This document shows positions 23,131-40,795 of a stretch of 64,000 bases of DNA, in pieces. Position 1 is the stretch's first letter. Every line of letters begins with the position of its first letter. The notes under the pieces are model-generated. The model did not search any database. It was not told the DNA's origin and saw only the letters and a program-made list of their open reading frames with translations. The position numbers and the translations under genes are program-made. Origin of the DNA: Macrostomum lignano (lineage: Eukaryota); NCBI GenBank assembly GCA_002269645.1, contig NIVC01001673.1:124001-188000 (forward strand), written 5' to 3'.

Positions 23131-23500
23131 AAACCTTTCGCTTGTCTCTAAACTGAGCACCCAATAAACCTTGCCAAGGTCTCTTCGGCTGCTGAATGTT
23201 AAACTGCTGGAAAGTACATAAAGAGAATACGACTAAACTTAGCCCTTCTGGTCTTCAAAGCCAGCGAAGTCATAAAGCCTTGAAGCTTTCGCATGGTTTC
23301 ACATGGCAACCTGTGCTGGAGAAGGTAACGCCGTAACACCGTTTCACCTCTGATTCCAGCGATCGATTTCATTCTTGTATTTGTGAACGAAATGACCCCA
23401 TTGGGATAAAACTATCCCAGTTTTATGCTCCTTACGTCCAAAATATACCACAGAAATTCCGTTTCAAGTTTCAAGAATTAGCCACACTAAACAGGTTAAA

Positions 23501-25043
23501 TCAAGCATCTGTTCCCTTGAAGCAAAGCACCAGCAGAGTCCCTAGCAGCAGGATCTGCTGTCCAAACTGTCTGCCCTGGCCATTGCAGACTTCTGCATTT
23601 TCACTTCCGAACTGCAAACAGTTCTGCGGCCAGATCCTCGATGGCTCCAGCAGGTCCTGCAGCAGCTGCAGCCCGATCTCTGGCCGGTCCGTTGCCACGG
23701 AGTGTCCGGCGCCGATCACCGTCCGGTACCTGATTCGGCCGCCCAGGTAGGACCTCTGGATGCCTCCGATCTGCAGTCCGTAGCCCGGCCTCCTCAAACA
23801 CCAGAACCAGGCGTCCTGGCCGCTGACTGGGTCCGGGGACAGCCGCTCCAGCAGCTGCAGCGTCAACCCCACGGGCAGCAGCAAGTCCAGGGCTCCGGTG
23901 TACAGCAGCACCGAGACACTGTGATTGGCGAGTGTAACGAATTCACTGAGAACGTCACGCTCCGTCTTCCTGTAGATTCTGTTTATGTCATCGTGGCAGA
24001 GGATGAATTTCTGTAAAGTTGATTCATTCACGCCCAGAGCATTTTGCACGTCCCTGTCGTTTAAGAAGCTGGCGAGTCCAGTTGAGTTGAGGCCGGGATA
24101 GCCATCGGCTTCACTTCCAGGGTACCACGGATGAGCGACGTTGTACAAATTCACTGACAGCCGCTGTGAATGCTCTGAACCATTGGAACCCTGGTGGATT
24201 GTAAACACTGGCTGAATAGATATCATTTCAGTGCTGTCACACCTGAGCTATCGTAATATCATGGAATATACTTGATATATAATATCATACAGCGAAGCCG
24301 TTAAGCAAAAGCACTTTACTCACCACAGACAGCTCGAGAACACTGACGTTACCAATGCTGATGCCCATCGCGTCCGTCAGGGCTCTGCGGTCCGATTTAA
24401 AAGCCGACTTATTGTATGGCATGTGCAGGCCGTTGCCCACGGCGATGCCCTTCAGGTTGATGAGGCTGGGCCAATGCCCGCCGTCGATGATGGCGCTGGC
24501 CAGCAGCGGGATGTAGATCCCCGCGTAGCTCTCTCCCGCGATGTAGAAGGCCCGGCCTCGGTACTCGGGGAACAGGCTGTAGAAGTGGAGCAGCGCTCCC
24601 AGGTTCAGCCGCGTGGTCGCGTTATCGTTGAGCTCGGTCGGGTCGGTGGGTCCGGGCTCGCTCAGGCCGACACCGCTGGGCGAGTCGATGTACAGCACGT
24701 TGGCCAGCCGGTTCCACGCGAAGTCGTTGCGCTCCAGCTCGGCGCGGTCGTTCGCCAGGAACGGCCCGTTCGTCATGAGCAGGCCACCGACCGAGGAGCA
24801 GCCGGGACCGCCGTTCATCCACAGCACGAGCGGAGCCGTCGCGGCGTCCACGTGGGAGCTCTCGACCAGCCAGTAGAAGAGGCGCCGGCTGCCGCCGCTG
24901 CCGCTGCTGGAGGTCAGGTAGCCCGAGTACTGGGTGAAGTTCGGGCGGAACAGCAGCCGCGGCAGCTCCTCGACGCGGCGTCTCTGGCACTCGGCGAGAG
25001 CGCAGCAGCAGAGGCAGAGCGCCAGGCTCAGAACGGGCCGCAT
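23501..25043 (-). CDS. Serine carboxypeptidase, family S10 (cathepsin A-like), copy 1; exons 25043-24324 and probably 24163-23501
   Basis: Signal peptide, WMNGGPGCSS, YIDSPSGVG, GESYAG (catalytic Ser), TGALD (Asp), GAGHSV (His). Donor gtgagt at 24323. Of three in-frame acceptors (24211, 24190, 24163), the last gives 460 aa, the same length as copy 2. Confidence 0.9.
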
Positions 25044-25893
25044 GGTTGGCGAATCCAATTTGATTTTTTCGGCTAAGGGCTGCGCAAAGTTTCAATCCTT
25101 CTTATACTTATTCTGGTGTCACCCTTAATTTATGACAGCTAAGCTGACTCAGCCCTGCTGTTTTTGCGCTGTGGGCCCTGGCACTTTGCTGCAGAGAAAG
25201 AACAGCGCTTTGCATTCGAGTTTGAACCCGACTTGCACTCAGCAGGTCGTGCACTCTTGCACTCGACTTTTTCAGCGAACGCAAAACATTCTCTTGCGTT
25301 TTGTCGTCTGAAGTATAGTGATTAACAATGCAATGAATATTCAGTAGCCGCACCCTTCGAGCACTATGTGCTATTTTCGTTTCACCTTTACAGACAGCCT
25401 GGATGCAGTTTTATTACACGCCTGTAGGGTACAAACCAGTGCTTCGCGACCGAATGGCTCAGGTTTTAGCCAAGCAATTGCGAGTATCTGCGCATTAAGT
25501 CTTAGGCACCTGTGCGAGTATTGAGTGGCTTCTGCAGTGCTGGCCTTATGCTGGTACTCGACTCGCGAGGCTTGCTGTTTAGGCAACACGCTGCAGACTT
25601 TGAATGGCGCTATGTGTATTTGTTAGTACGAGACGCATACATCTAGCAGGAGCAAATGTTATAATTTGAGTATTCTAAAAAGGTATGAAAACAAAAATTG
25701 CCAAATTTGTAAACGAAAAAATCGACTAACAGAATGCCATGCGGAGCGCAGGTGCAAAGTTTACTCCTCTGAGCAGCGCGAGGCCGCTTCCAGCACGGTG
25801 AACTGCGCTAAGACTCCCCCCCCCACTGTCGCGTGCTCAAATCCAGAGAAATCAGCTGCCAGGCATCTGCGGCCAGGGAGCAGCGCAGCGGTG

Positions 25894-27483
25894 CTACAGC
25901 CAGGAGGCAACGCCAGCAGCAGCCAGGACTGCCGTCAGCCAGACAGCCGACGAGCAAACACCTGTCAACTCAGCGCCGCAGCTCGAAGCATCCTCCAGAC
26001 TTTCAGGCGGCAGACATCGCGGCTGCCGGTCTTTGTCCGGGCTCAGGAAGTCGGTGAAAATCTGGAAGCCGACGTCGGGACGGTCGGTGACCACCGTGTG
26101 CCCAGCGCCAATGACGGTGCGGTAGAATAGGCGGCCGCCCAGGTAGGATCTCTGCATGCCGCCGATCTGGGTTGAGGCTCGACCGAACGTCCAGTGGCAG
26201 TAGAACCAGGCGCCCTCCGTGTCATTATCTTGCGGCAGCCGCTCCAGCAGCCGCTGGGTGAGCATTGTAGGGATCATGTAGTCCAGAGTGCCGTGGTACA
26301 GCAGTACGAAAACATCTGCTGAGGCGAGCCTACGCAGCTCGGGCAGGATGTCCCTGTCCAAGTAGTTATAGTGTGTGAATATCTTGACTAAACTGCAGAT
26401 GACGTAATTCTCGGACACGGAGTCCGACACGCCCAAGGCCTCACGGACGCGCTTGTCGCGAAGATAGGTGACCAGGCCGGTCGTGTTCAGACAGGGGTAC
26501 ACATTCACCGACTCCTGCTCGTAGCAGGTGTGCATCACGTTGTAAGAGTTGACTGACAGGTTCGTCTGCAAAGAAATTTTGGTCACAGAAAAATTCAATT
26601 TGGGCGAATTTCAGTCCCTGCTTAATCAAGACTCATTAGAAAACACAGCCTACTCGCATGCTTCCACTCTTCTAGTGGCCTCTAAGGCACCTTGTACCTG
26701 ACTGATGTGCTCAAAAAGTTTGAGGAAATGTTTTACCTCGTAAGGACAAAGCAAGCTTTGATTTTCACTTACTTCGATTGCTGTGTCATTTCTGAACGAA
26801 ATGCCCAAAATTTTCGCGAATTCCTTGCGGGTTTCCAGCAAAGCGTTGTCGTTTATTGACACGTGCAGGCCGTTGCCCACGGCGATGCCCTTCAGGTTGA
26901 TGAGGCCGGGACGGTGCCCGCCGTCGATGATGGCGCTGGCCAGCAGCGGGATGTAGATCCCCGCGTAGCTCTCTCCCGCGATGTAGAAGGCCCGGCCTCG
27001 GTACTCGGGGAACAGGCTGTAGAAGTGGAGCAGCGCTCCCAGGTTCAGCCGCGTGGTCGCGTTATCGTTGAGCTCGGTCGGGTCGGTGGGTCCGGGCTCG
27101 CTCAGGCCGACACCGCTGGGCGAGTCGATGTACAGCACGTTGGCCAGCCGGTTCCACGCGAAGTCGTTGCGCTCCAGCTCGGCGCGGTCGTTCGCCAGGA
27201 ACGGCCCGTTCGTCATGAGCAGGCCGCCGACCGAGGAGCAGCCGGGACCGCCGTTCATCCACAGCACGAGCGGAGCCGTCGCGGCGTCCACGTGGGAGCT
27301 CTCGACCAGCCAGTAGAAGAGGCGCCGGCTGCCGCCGCTGCCGCTGCTGGAGGTCAGGTAGCCCGAGTACTGGGTGAAGTTCGGGCGGAACAGCAGCCGC
27401 GGCAGCTCCTCGACGCGGCGTCTCTGGCACTCGGCGAGAGCGCAGCAGCAGAGGCAGAGCGCCAGGCTCAGAACGGGCCGCAT
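25894..27483 (-). CDS. Serine carboxypeptidase, family S10, copy 2; exons 27483-26773 and 26565-25894 (460 aa)
   Basis: Same S10 motifs (GESYAG, GTLD, GAGHTV). Phase-0 intron gtaagt...tttgcag. Hydrophobic C-terminus. Confidence 0.92.
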
Positions 27484-28245
27484 CTGTCAGAGCTTTCTGC
27501 CTGTCAACGGCGCTGATCACTTTATGCACAAAAAATTGCTAATGTTGCAGAACAAGCCAATTTGAAAGGCAATTAACCGCAACAAGCGGGGCCGGTGGCT
27601 TCAGTTTCGACAGCTGATGCGGCGTTTTGACTTGCTTGAATCGGGGCGGCAATTAGCGGAGCTAGATTAGCGGAGTCAGCGGCCACTTAAAGCCGCAGCG
27701 AGGCCCCCCGGCGGGGCGGACTGGCTTATCAATGCAAGCGAATCCGCAAAGTCGCTGCGCCTGTTCGCCCTGCAGCCCCTGGGTTGCCGAACTTTGTGAC
27801 GCCTTGAATTCCCCGGGCTGCGGGGCTAGAAAAGTCGCCTGTGACCCCGAGGGTGTGAAAATCGCTCAGCGAAGAAGCCTAGTAGTGATAATGGACGGCC
27901 AGCCATTCACCGAACTCCGCTGTGCGGGGGCTGTGCGGCAGCCGCAGGCACCTGTGGGCGGGCCGGGCCGCAAGGGAGCGAAATGCGCTGTCAGCGCAGC
28001 GGGCGGCCTGGGCTTGACCTGGTTTGGCCAGGAATTCAATGCGAGAGAAAACCGTCAAATTCATGCGTCACGCGGAATTGCTTTTTGGCTTCAAAACTTG
28101 CCGACATTGTCAATCTGGATGCTCCTCGCTTTTGCGCTTTCAAGATGTTTGCGCTTGTTGGCTGTGTTCTGAAATTCCGCTTAGCGTCACATCTGAGATA
28201 CTGTGAGGGACGTCAAAGTTTACATTCGGCGTTCAACACAGGAAG

Positions 28246-28303
28246 TTGCGCCACGAAATTTTCAACGCCGATGGCGATGAGTGTCGAGTACAGGGTACAC
28301 TTT
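28246..28303 (-). pseudogene. Relic copy of part of the SLC38A9 last exon
   Basis: 46 of 58 nt identical by eye to 33720-33777, same orientation. Translates KCTLYSTLIAIGVENFVAQ versus KCIVHLALIAIGLANFVAQ. Confidence 0.65.
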
Positions 28304-28442
28304 CCAAAGCCAACCTCAAACCTGGATCGCTAAGTCCTCTATCATGTGTTTCAAACAGGTACCTGGGTCAACCACTGGGTCGCAAAATAGCTTAAATTAA
28401 AAAGATGGAATACTTCTAGTGCTCTCTTCATTTTAGCTGTAG

Positions 28443-28808
28443 AATGAGAGTGAGTGTAATCCGAGTGAGTGTAATCCGAGTGAGTGTAATCAGAGTGAGT
28501 GTAATCTGAGTGAGTGTAATCAGAGTGAGTGTAATCAGAGTGAGTGTAATCAGAGTGAGTGTAATCAGAGTGAGTGTAATCAGAGTGAGTGTAATCAGAG
28601 TGAGTGTAATCAGAGTGAGTGTAATCAGAGTGAGTGTAATCAGAGTGAGTGTAATCAGAGTGAGTGTAATCAGAGTGAGTGTAATCAGAGTGAGTGTAAT
28701 CAGAGTGAGTGTAATCAGAGTGAGTGTAATCTGAGTGAGTGTAATCAGAGTGAGTGTAATCAGAGTGAGTGTAATCAGAGTGAGTGTAATCAGAGTGAGT
28801 GTAATCAG
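28443..28808. repeat. 15-bp tandem repeat GAGTGAGTGTAATCA
   Basis: About 24 near-perfect units. Confidence 0.95.
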
Positions 28809-28809
28809 A

Positions 28810-29370
28810 AAAATCCAATCGCAGAACAGCTTCTTGTTTGCCATCTTTGGGAAGGCTGTCTCAGTCTGATCTGGTCGGTCTTCACCGTCACCACTATGGG
28901 GCTGCCCCACTCTGAGGACGTCACCTTCTTAACTGCGCCCTCCTTCTCCATCAGCTCCAGCTTCTTCTTCACCAGTGGATGCAACGCAGCGCCAGCTCTC
29001 TGGCTGGTTGGAAAATCGGCCTGGCTCCCGCCTTCCACAGAATCTCTGCCAACTGCTCCCTTGATGCCCTCAAGCTCTCGCACCTGTTGTTGCTGGGCGG
29101 CTTGGCCTCATCCGAGTGGTGAGCAGGCAGCGAGCTGAGAAGATCCCGGCCCAGCAACCCGAACTTCTGCTCGCATTCAATGAAGGGCAGCTCCGCCGCA
29201 GCGAAGCGGCCATCAGGGCCGCCAGTCTCCACCAGGCACTCCAAGATGCCGAGCTGCTTCATCACGTGCCCGTCGTTGGCCAGCATCCGAGACTTGGCCG
29301 AATTTAGTGGCGGCCTGCCGAGTTCCTTCCAGATCTTTCTCGAGATCAGCGAGAACAAGGCAAAAAATCG
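28810..29370 (-). mobile_element. Degenerate Ty3/Gypsy protease to RT-start fragment
   Basis: SLISRKIWKELGRP...GLLGRDLL (protease end) and KLELMEKEGAVKKVTSSEWGSPIVV (RT N-terminus), with frameshifts. Confidence 0.75.
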
Positions 29371-29414
29371 CTGCTAAAGTACAGTGCGTGTACATAACCT
29401 CGTGCTGACCACCA

Positions 29415-29660
29415 GTCTCAGCACTGAGTCTAGCACTGAGTCTAGCACTCTGAGTCTAGCACTGAGTCTAGCACTGAGTCTAGCACTCTGAGTCTAGCAC
29501 TGAGTCTAGCACTGAGTCTAGCACTCTGAGTCTAGCACTCTGAGTCTAGCACTGAGTCTAGCACTGAGTCTAGCACTGAGTCTAGCACTGAGTCTAGCAC
29601 TGAGTCTAGCACTGAGTCTAGCACTGAGTCTAGCACTGAGTCTAGCCCTGAGTCTAGCGC
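29415..29660. repeat. 12-bp tandem repeat GCACTGAGTCTA with 14-bp variants
   Basis: Visible tandem units. Confidence 0.92.
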
Positions 29661-30239
29661 TGAGGATTTTGTACTTTTCAAACCTTGAAGCCGAATTGTT
29701 TGATATTTGACGAGTTGTCTTGCTGAATCCTGTAGCATTCTGTGCTCATATAATGACATGCAGTCAGTTCCCGCTGTTTCAGCATGAAAGTCGATCTCAA
29801 AGCTAATGCAGACAATTTTTTTAAGATAAAAATGTCGATTTAGTTAACTACTCTTGATTCAGTAGCTGATGCGCGTTTTGCAGGAAAATTTATGCAACGC
29901 AAAGAATGCATTTCTTTGATACATACGACAGCAGGGGCAGCTGAAGCAGAGGGGCTGCATCCGTGAATTTGCCAATTTTCCCTGGAGGCCGCGCGAGTTT
30001 GCTATCCTAAGGGAAATGATGTTTAAAAGAAGAAAACTGCGATTACCTGCTGGAAGCTTCTTTGTTTTGTCTGATTACATTTTAAACCAGAACCAGAACA
30101 ACAACAAAGAACTTCATATGTCAGCCCGCAGTGGCCAGAAAGGAGGGAAGAAGTCAGAGAGCGAGTCTTTGGTCCATTAACCTCAAAAAGTCTCACCCCC
30201 AGCTTGGTCCGGGGCGCCAGCATCAGTCAAGAGCCTGTT

Positions 30240-32325
30240 AGGATATCTCACCGTTCGCCCTTGGCCTCGCCTGCGCGGTCCCTGCAGCTTGAGCAGCAGC
30301 ACTTCCTGTAGCGGCTCAGGGCAGCGGGCCTCCGACCGAATGACGTGGCCAGCCAGTCGAAGTCATCGCCGGCGCAGCAGGTCAGAAAGCAGCATCAGGC
30401 ACGCCCTCGTGTAGAGCGCGGCGTTGGTCTCGCTGCCTGGACCGCTGCGCACTCCGAACGCCGCACGCAGCATGGCCGCATCGTCCAGCTGCCTCTCCAA
30501 GGCGTCCGTCAGGGTCCAGGTTTCAGCTTTGTACAACAAGACAGTCTCAACGACTGCCTGAAACAACAGAGCCCTGAGCCCGTCATTTAGGGCCTCAGAA
30601 TGGAGCACGGGGCGCACACAACGAAACGCGGCCTAGGCCAGTCCTCGTCGTTTCACCAAGTCGTCGGCGACGTCCGGCACGAGGCCGCCGAGGTACAAGA
30701 ACCGCTGGCAGCGGGTAAGCATGATAGCATCTCCGGCAGCGTCTCGGTAGTTGATCTCGGCAGGCAGGTCGGAGGGCACCGTGAAGACTACCGTCTTCCG
30801 CGCGTTCAGCTTGAGGCCGACTCGCGATGCTGCTGTCGTCAGGCCGTCCAGCAGCCGCTGGGCGCCTTCAGCCGTCGATGAGAGCAGCGTGAGCTTATCC
30901 GCGTAGCCGAGAACTGAGAGCCGCTTCTCCGGGTTCCGCCGACTCGTGCATCTTCTCAGCAGGAAGCCATCATCCTGGTCTGGCAGACCGGTCCTCAGCG
31001 CCAAATCCAGTGCCAGCACAAACAGGAAAGATGCCAGAGTGTCACCCTGCAGCACGCCTGACGACGCCTGAATTGGTCCGACAGTCTGTCTGGCGTCATC
31101 ACCGAAGCGGTCGTATCCTTGTACATCGCCATGATGGCGGAAATCAGTTGCTCCGGTACATTGTATGCGCGAAGCACGAGAGGCAGCGCGCCGTGAACCA
31201 ACGAGTCGAAAGTCTTGATTAAGTCAATGAAGATCACCGCGAGACTTGACTGATGGATGCGCGCCTCCACGAGGATGCGGCGGAGAGCTTGGATCTGCGT
31301 CACTGTACCGCGATATGGGCGAAACCCGATCTGCTCAGGGCGCAGAAACTGTTCCAGCACAGGCTGCAACCCAGCTAGCAGCACACGGTTGAACAGCTTC
31401 AGTGCTCCTCCTTCCGTGTCGTGCCAGGCATTTTCGGAATCGCGACGATGTGCGCTGTTGTATACTCGCAGGGCGCGGCACCTCCAGAGAGGACGTCGTT
31501 CATCACGAGGGCTACCTCAGTGGCGACCCTTGTGACTCGAGCGCCTCGATAGGCACCTCGTCCGGTCCGGGGCGCGACCTCCCGGCGCCAGGCGAGCGAA
31601 CTGCGCTGCGTCGTTGCTGGTTACTGGCTGGGTGCTGAATTCCTCCTGCGACGGCAGCGCCGTCTCGAGCGGCAATGGCATCGCTTCTAGCTGAGGCGGT
31701 GGCGGCGCGTTGACAATTTCAGCAAAGAAGTCGCGCAGCTCGTTTCTGCGCGCCTCTGGTGTATCGCCGGTCAGGTTTAGCGCCGTCTTCTTCTTGCGGC
31801 AGTCAGGGCGTTGATTGTAGGCCAGACGAGCCGATCCTGTTGGTTGAGTCCCGCAGAGGTGACGCTTCAGATGGCATCGTCAACCGCGACTTGCTGCTGC
31901 CTACCGGTAGTGTAGACGTCCGGTAGGGCATTTTCGGCTTCAGCCGTCGGTCGCCTGATCCGTCGCAGCCTCGATTGTCCGCCTCGCCTCCTGAACCTCC
32001 TTGCCACTCGCCCAGACGGGGAGACTATAGGCTGCAGGTTGCATCAGAGGCAGCGTCTTGTTAGCTGTCGTCGCCACTGCCGCGCTTATTTCGGAATAGT
32101 TGCCGGTGCTTGCGGACTCTCCGAGTACGGCGGCGAACGCGTAGGCGAACCTGCCGCGGGTGCTGGAGTCTCGCAGAGCCCTGTAATAGCGGCGTGGGGG
32201 TCGCTTGGGCGGCCTCTAGAGCGGGTCCCGGGTGCGAAGGTTGCAGAAAGCAGGCGATGGTCAGATCGGATGGACAGCGGGGCCATCGTGTCGCAGTCTG
32301 TCACCCGTCTGCGTTCGCGGTAGTG
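30240..32325 (-). mobile_element. 5'-truncated, frameshifted RTE-like LINE (end of APE plus RT)
   Basis: APLSIRSDHRLL, EQIGFRPYRG, IFIDLIKTFDSL, QGDTLASFLF, LGYADKLTLL, FLYLGG, LFQAVVETVLLY, spread over several frames. Confidence 0.85.
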
Positions 32326-33704
32326 AACTAGAATGTAATCAAGCTGGGCCCGGTGAGTCGTGACATTTCGGCTTCCGAAAGCTTCAGCTTCCTTCGCTTA
32401 CAGCCGGATTTGGTTTCCAATCGAAAAACTGGCTCGCGGAAACGCGTATTGGTCGACACCAAATCATGCGGCGACGTTCGTATCACACTGATTGAAAAAA
32501 TGAAATAGGTGAGGTAAAAGGCGTTTTATAGAAACGTATAGAATGACGCGATCAAAAGCGAGGCAGACGGTTCATTCAAGCGCTTCTTTTCGATTGACGC
32601 AAAAATTGAAGCAAAAATGATTGCGCGGAAGGAAAACAAAGTGAAGACAGAAGACCGTACGAGCCGTAAGCACAGTTGAGTAGCCATTCATTTTAGAGTT
32701 GGACGCAAAGGGGGTGCGCTGAGACCTCTCCGCGACAGTGCTGAGTTCGCCAAGCACCACCAGGGTGGGCAGCTGTCGGTGCATACGCGTAGAAAAGCCG
32801 GGCGTGCCGCTAGATGCGCCGATGGAGACTCCGTTGCCTCGTCGGTTGCCTTTCCCGCTGCTTTTAGCAGCCGCAGCATCCGCATTAGCAGAGCGCGGCT
32901 CACCGTTCATACCTAGGCAAGCTGATGACAAGCATTGCCCGGAGGTCGCGGCATATAGGCACCAAAGTGCAAATTTAACAGAACCAGAACAACAACAAAC
33001 TATGGTTGCTACTGACAAACCCAATACAAGTAGTATGACTCAGAACATAATGGAGTAAAATTAAATAGGTGAGGTAAAAGGCGTTTAATAGAAACGTCAA
33101 TAAGCGAGGCAGACGGTTCATTCAAGCGCTTCTTTTCGATTGTCGCATAAATTGAAGCAAACATGATTGCACGAAAGGAAAAGCCAAGCGAAGAATACTG
33201 CGCACTTTGAGTCCACAGCAGCAGCGCCTGATGATAATTTAGCTGAATGGTTGCAATTCGGCAACGTAAATTCTTCAGCTCGTGTGATGGCGCATTTCAC
33301 TTCGGTAACCCCCAGGTCGGACAGAAGGGTTCAGCCGACATACTGATTGCTGTTGATAAATATTTTGTTGCAAGACAGATTTGTGCTCTAAACAAACAAA
33401 ATCTGGTAACTGCGCATCGATAACTCAAGCATGCAAATCGATCATCACTGGTGATCTACGAGCTATTTATATTTACACTACTAGCGCGAAACTGAGGCTG
33501 GTGCAAAACGAGATTTAACAGTTTTATTAGGTAACGCCCATGTGTCTCATAATTTATATTAAATTTCATTAGCATACAAAGAAAAATGTTTCTGAAGAAT
33601 GAACTGCGTGAAAGTTGAAATGTATTGCTCTGCTTTACATTCGGTTTGATGCTGCTGATTTCCCCAAATACCGTCAGTTCAGTTTCAAGTCAGGTTAGAA
33701 AAGT

Positions 33705-39099
<5,395 letters not shown>

Positions 39100-40285
39100 T
39101 TTGTAGGAAATGCACCGGCCTCCGCTATTTATGACCTTATCTTTTTCTTCAGAAGCTCGTCAGATTTTCTTTCTTTTTAGTTGTTTAATACGCTGAACAG
39201 ATATGTGACTCTATCATGTAAATGTTGAAATAAACGTTAAAATCCTTCGAAAAATTATAACTACATGTAACTCATTTTGTAGGACATTCTAAATGCTTCA
39301 ATGATAATATTATAGCAAAAAATACTTTGATACTTGCAGTACGACTTTTCAAGATGAAAAAAGGGACGAAAGATAAGTCCAAGATCTGAAAAGTTCCGTT
39401 ACACTAACAAACCGTGGTTCGACCATTGATTCAATTTTAAAAAATATGCAGAACTTTTACACTATCCACAATGCAATTAAACAAAAAGTAAAAAATCTTA
39501 AAAGTTACCAAACAATATGCAGGAAAACTACAATACAAAAAACAGAAGAAAACAGCAACAAGTTAAAAATTCTGTTTTAATGTATAAATTCGTTTTTTTG
39601 ATCCTAAATGTTTAAACTAAAATCTATCTCGTCTAAAAATTATATCACAATAAATACATACAGGGGCCTACTTACTCGGAGCTAGACTCGAAGTTGAATC
39701 TGAAACTGATGTCTGTTCGTCAATTTGACTCATGATACGCAAGCACAATATCCAGTAATGTAGTAAATATCAAGCCAAGGAGCTTCAATTTAAGTACAGC
39801 GAAGGTTATTAATCCTACTCTCGATTTTCAAAGTCTAGCTAGCAGTAGCTCTATAAAAAGTAAACAAAGATTTATTTATAAACAAAGATAAGCCAAATGA
39901 GGAACAGCTAATAATGCATTTTTATTCGAAACTTTAATTGCCACATTTTGTTTTCTAGGCCTACTTCCAACTCCAAGACTATAGAGAAAAACTAGCCCTG
40001 GGCCTAGTTTTAAAAGTAGCAGATTAGTGGATTTCAGGCCGTGACAAATTAGAGATTAGCTATACAGGCCTTGAGATAAGTGAACTACTACTACTACTAC
40101 TATTACGACTAGGCCTACTACTGACTTCCAACTGAAGGTAGCCACGAAATTTTTTAAAAACGTAGTTTACTTTAAGGTTAAGCTAAATATAAAATTTATT
40201 TTGCTAGGCCTTATTAAAGTTAGGCCTAGGCTTCTTATTTTCTAGTTGTGATTGTGATTGAATAAATAATTCTAAAATAACTGCA

Positions 40286-40304
40286 ATGGATCATATGCTT
40301 TCTT
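40286..40304 (+). CDS. EIF2A: Candidate coding micro-exon 1 of eIF2A (MDHMLS + 1 nt)
   Basis: ATG...TCT T|gtaagt is phase 1 and matches the phase-1 acceptor at 50601, giving MDHMLSYRFQHGL. An acceptor-like ttttctag lies ~40 nt upstream. Confidence 0.5.
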
Positions 40305-40412
40305 GTAAGTTTGTTTTTACTGTTATAAAATTATTTTCTATACTAATAATAATATACAGGGCCTATACAAAAAAAGGTTTTTTTAGGGCCTAGATAGCAA
40401 CCTTTTAAAAAT

Positions 40413-40795
40413 GGTAGTTGTTATTTGTCTGGTGACCAGATGAATAGCAATGTGGTTATTTGTCTGGTTACTGGTAAAATTGATAATGCTAAAATATCTA
40501 GTTCATAAAAACCATAAGGGTAAATATTTCTAGACTACAAAGACTTCTTACTTGTATCTTGATTATTATATTGTTATACTAGTGGTGTGTGTCTTATACA
40601 CCAAATTATGCCAAATTGAATACACTGCTTTGCTTACACTCAAGTAATACAAGAAAATATTCATCAGTATATGAGAAAAGGTCTTAAAAATCTAGAATAT
40701 TCATCACGAAACAAATAAGATATTTGTGTTAGCAATTTAACCAGACAAATAGCAAAAAGGCTATTCATCTGGTCACCAGACAAATAACAACTGCC
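40413..40795. mobile_element. Mutator-like MITE
   Basis: 36-bp TIR GGTAGTTGTTATTTGTCTGGTGACCAGATGAATAGC with its reverse complement ending at 40795 (1 mismatch). 9-bp flanks TTTAAAAAT and TTTAAGAAT. Confidence 0.75.

Noticed and set aside
24423-27516. 217-aa plus-strand ORFs opposite the carboxypeptidases, and similar antisense ORFs over eIF2A and Olig
   Set aside because: Shadow ORFs of GC-rich coding sequence on the other strand.
28040-28145. Patchy inverted similarity to the 32.5-kb and 33.1-kb repeats
   Set aside because: Short scattered word matches with large gaps; not convincing without a formal alignment.
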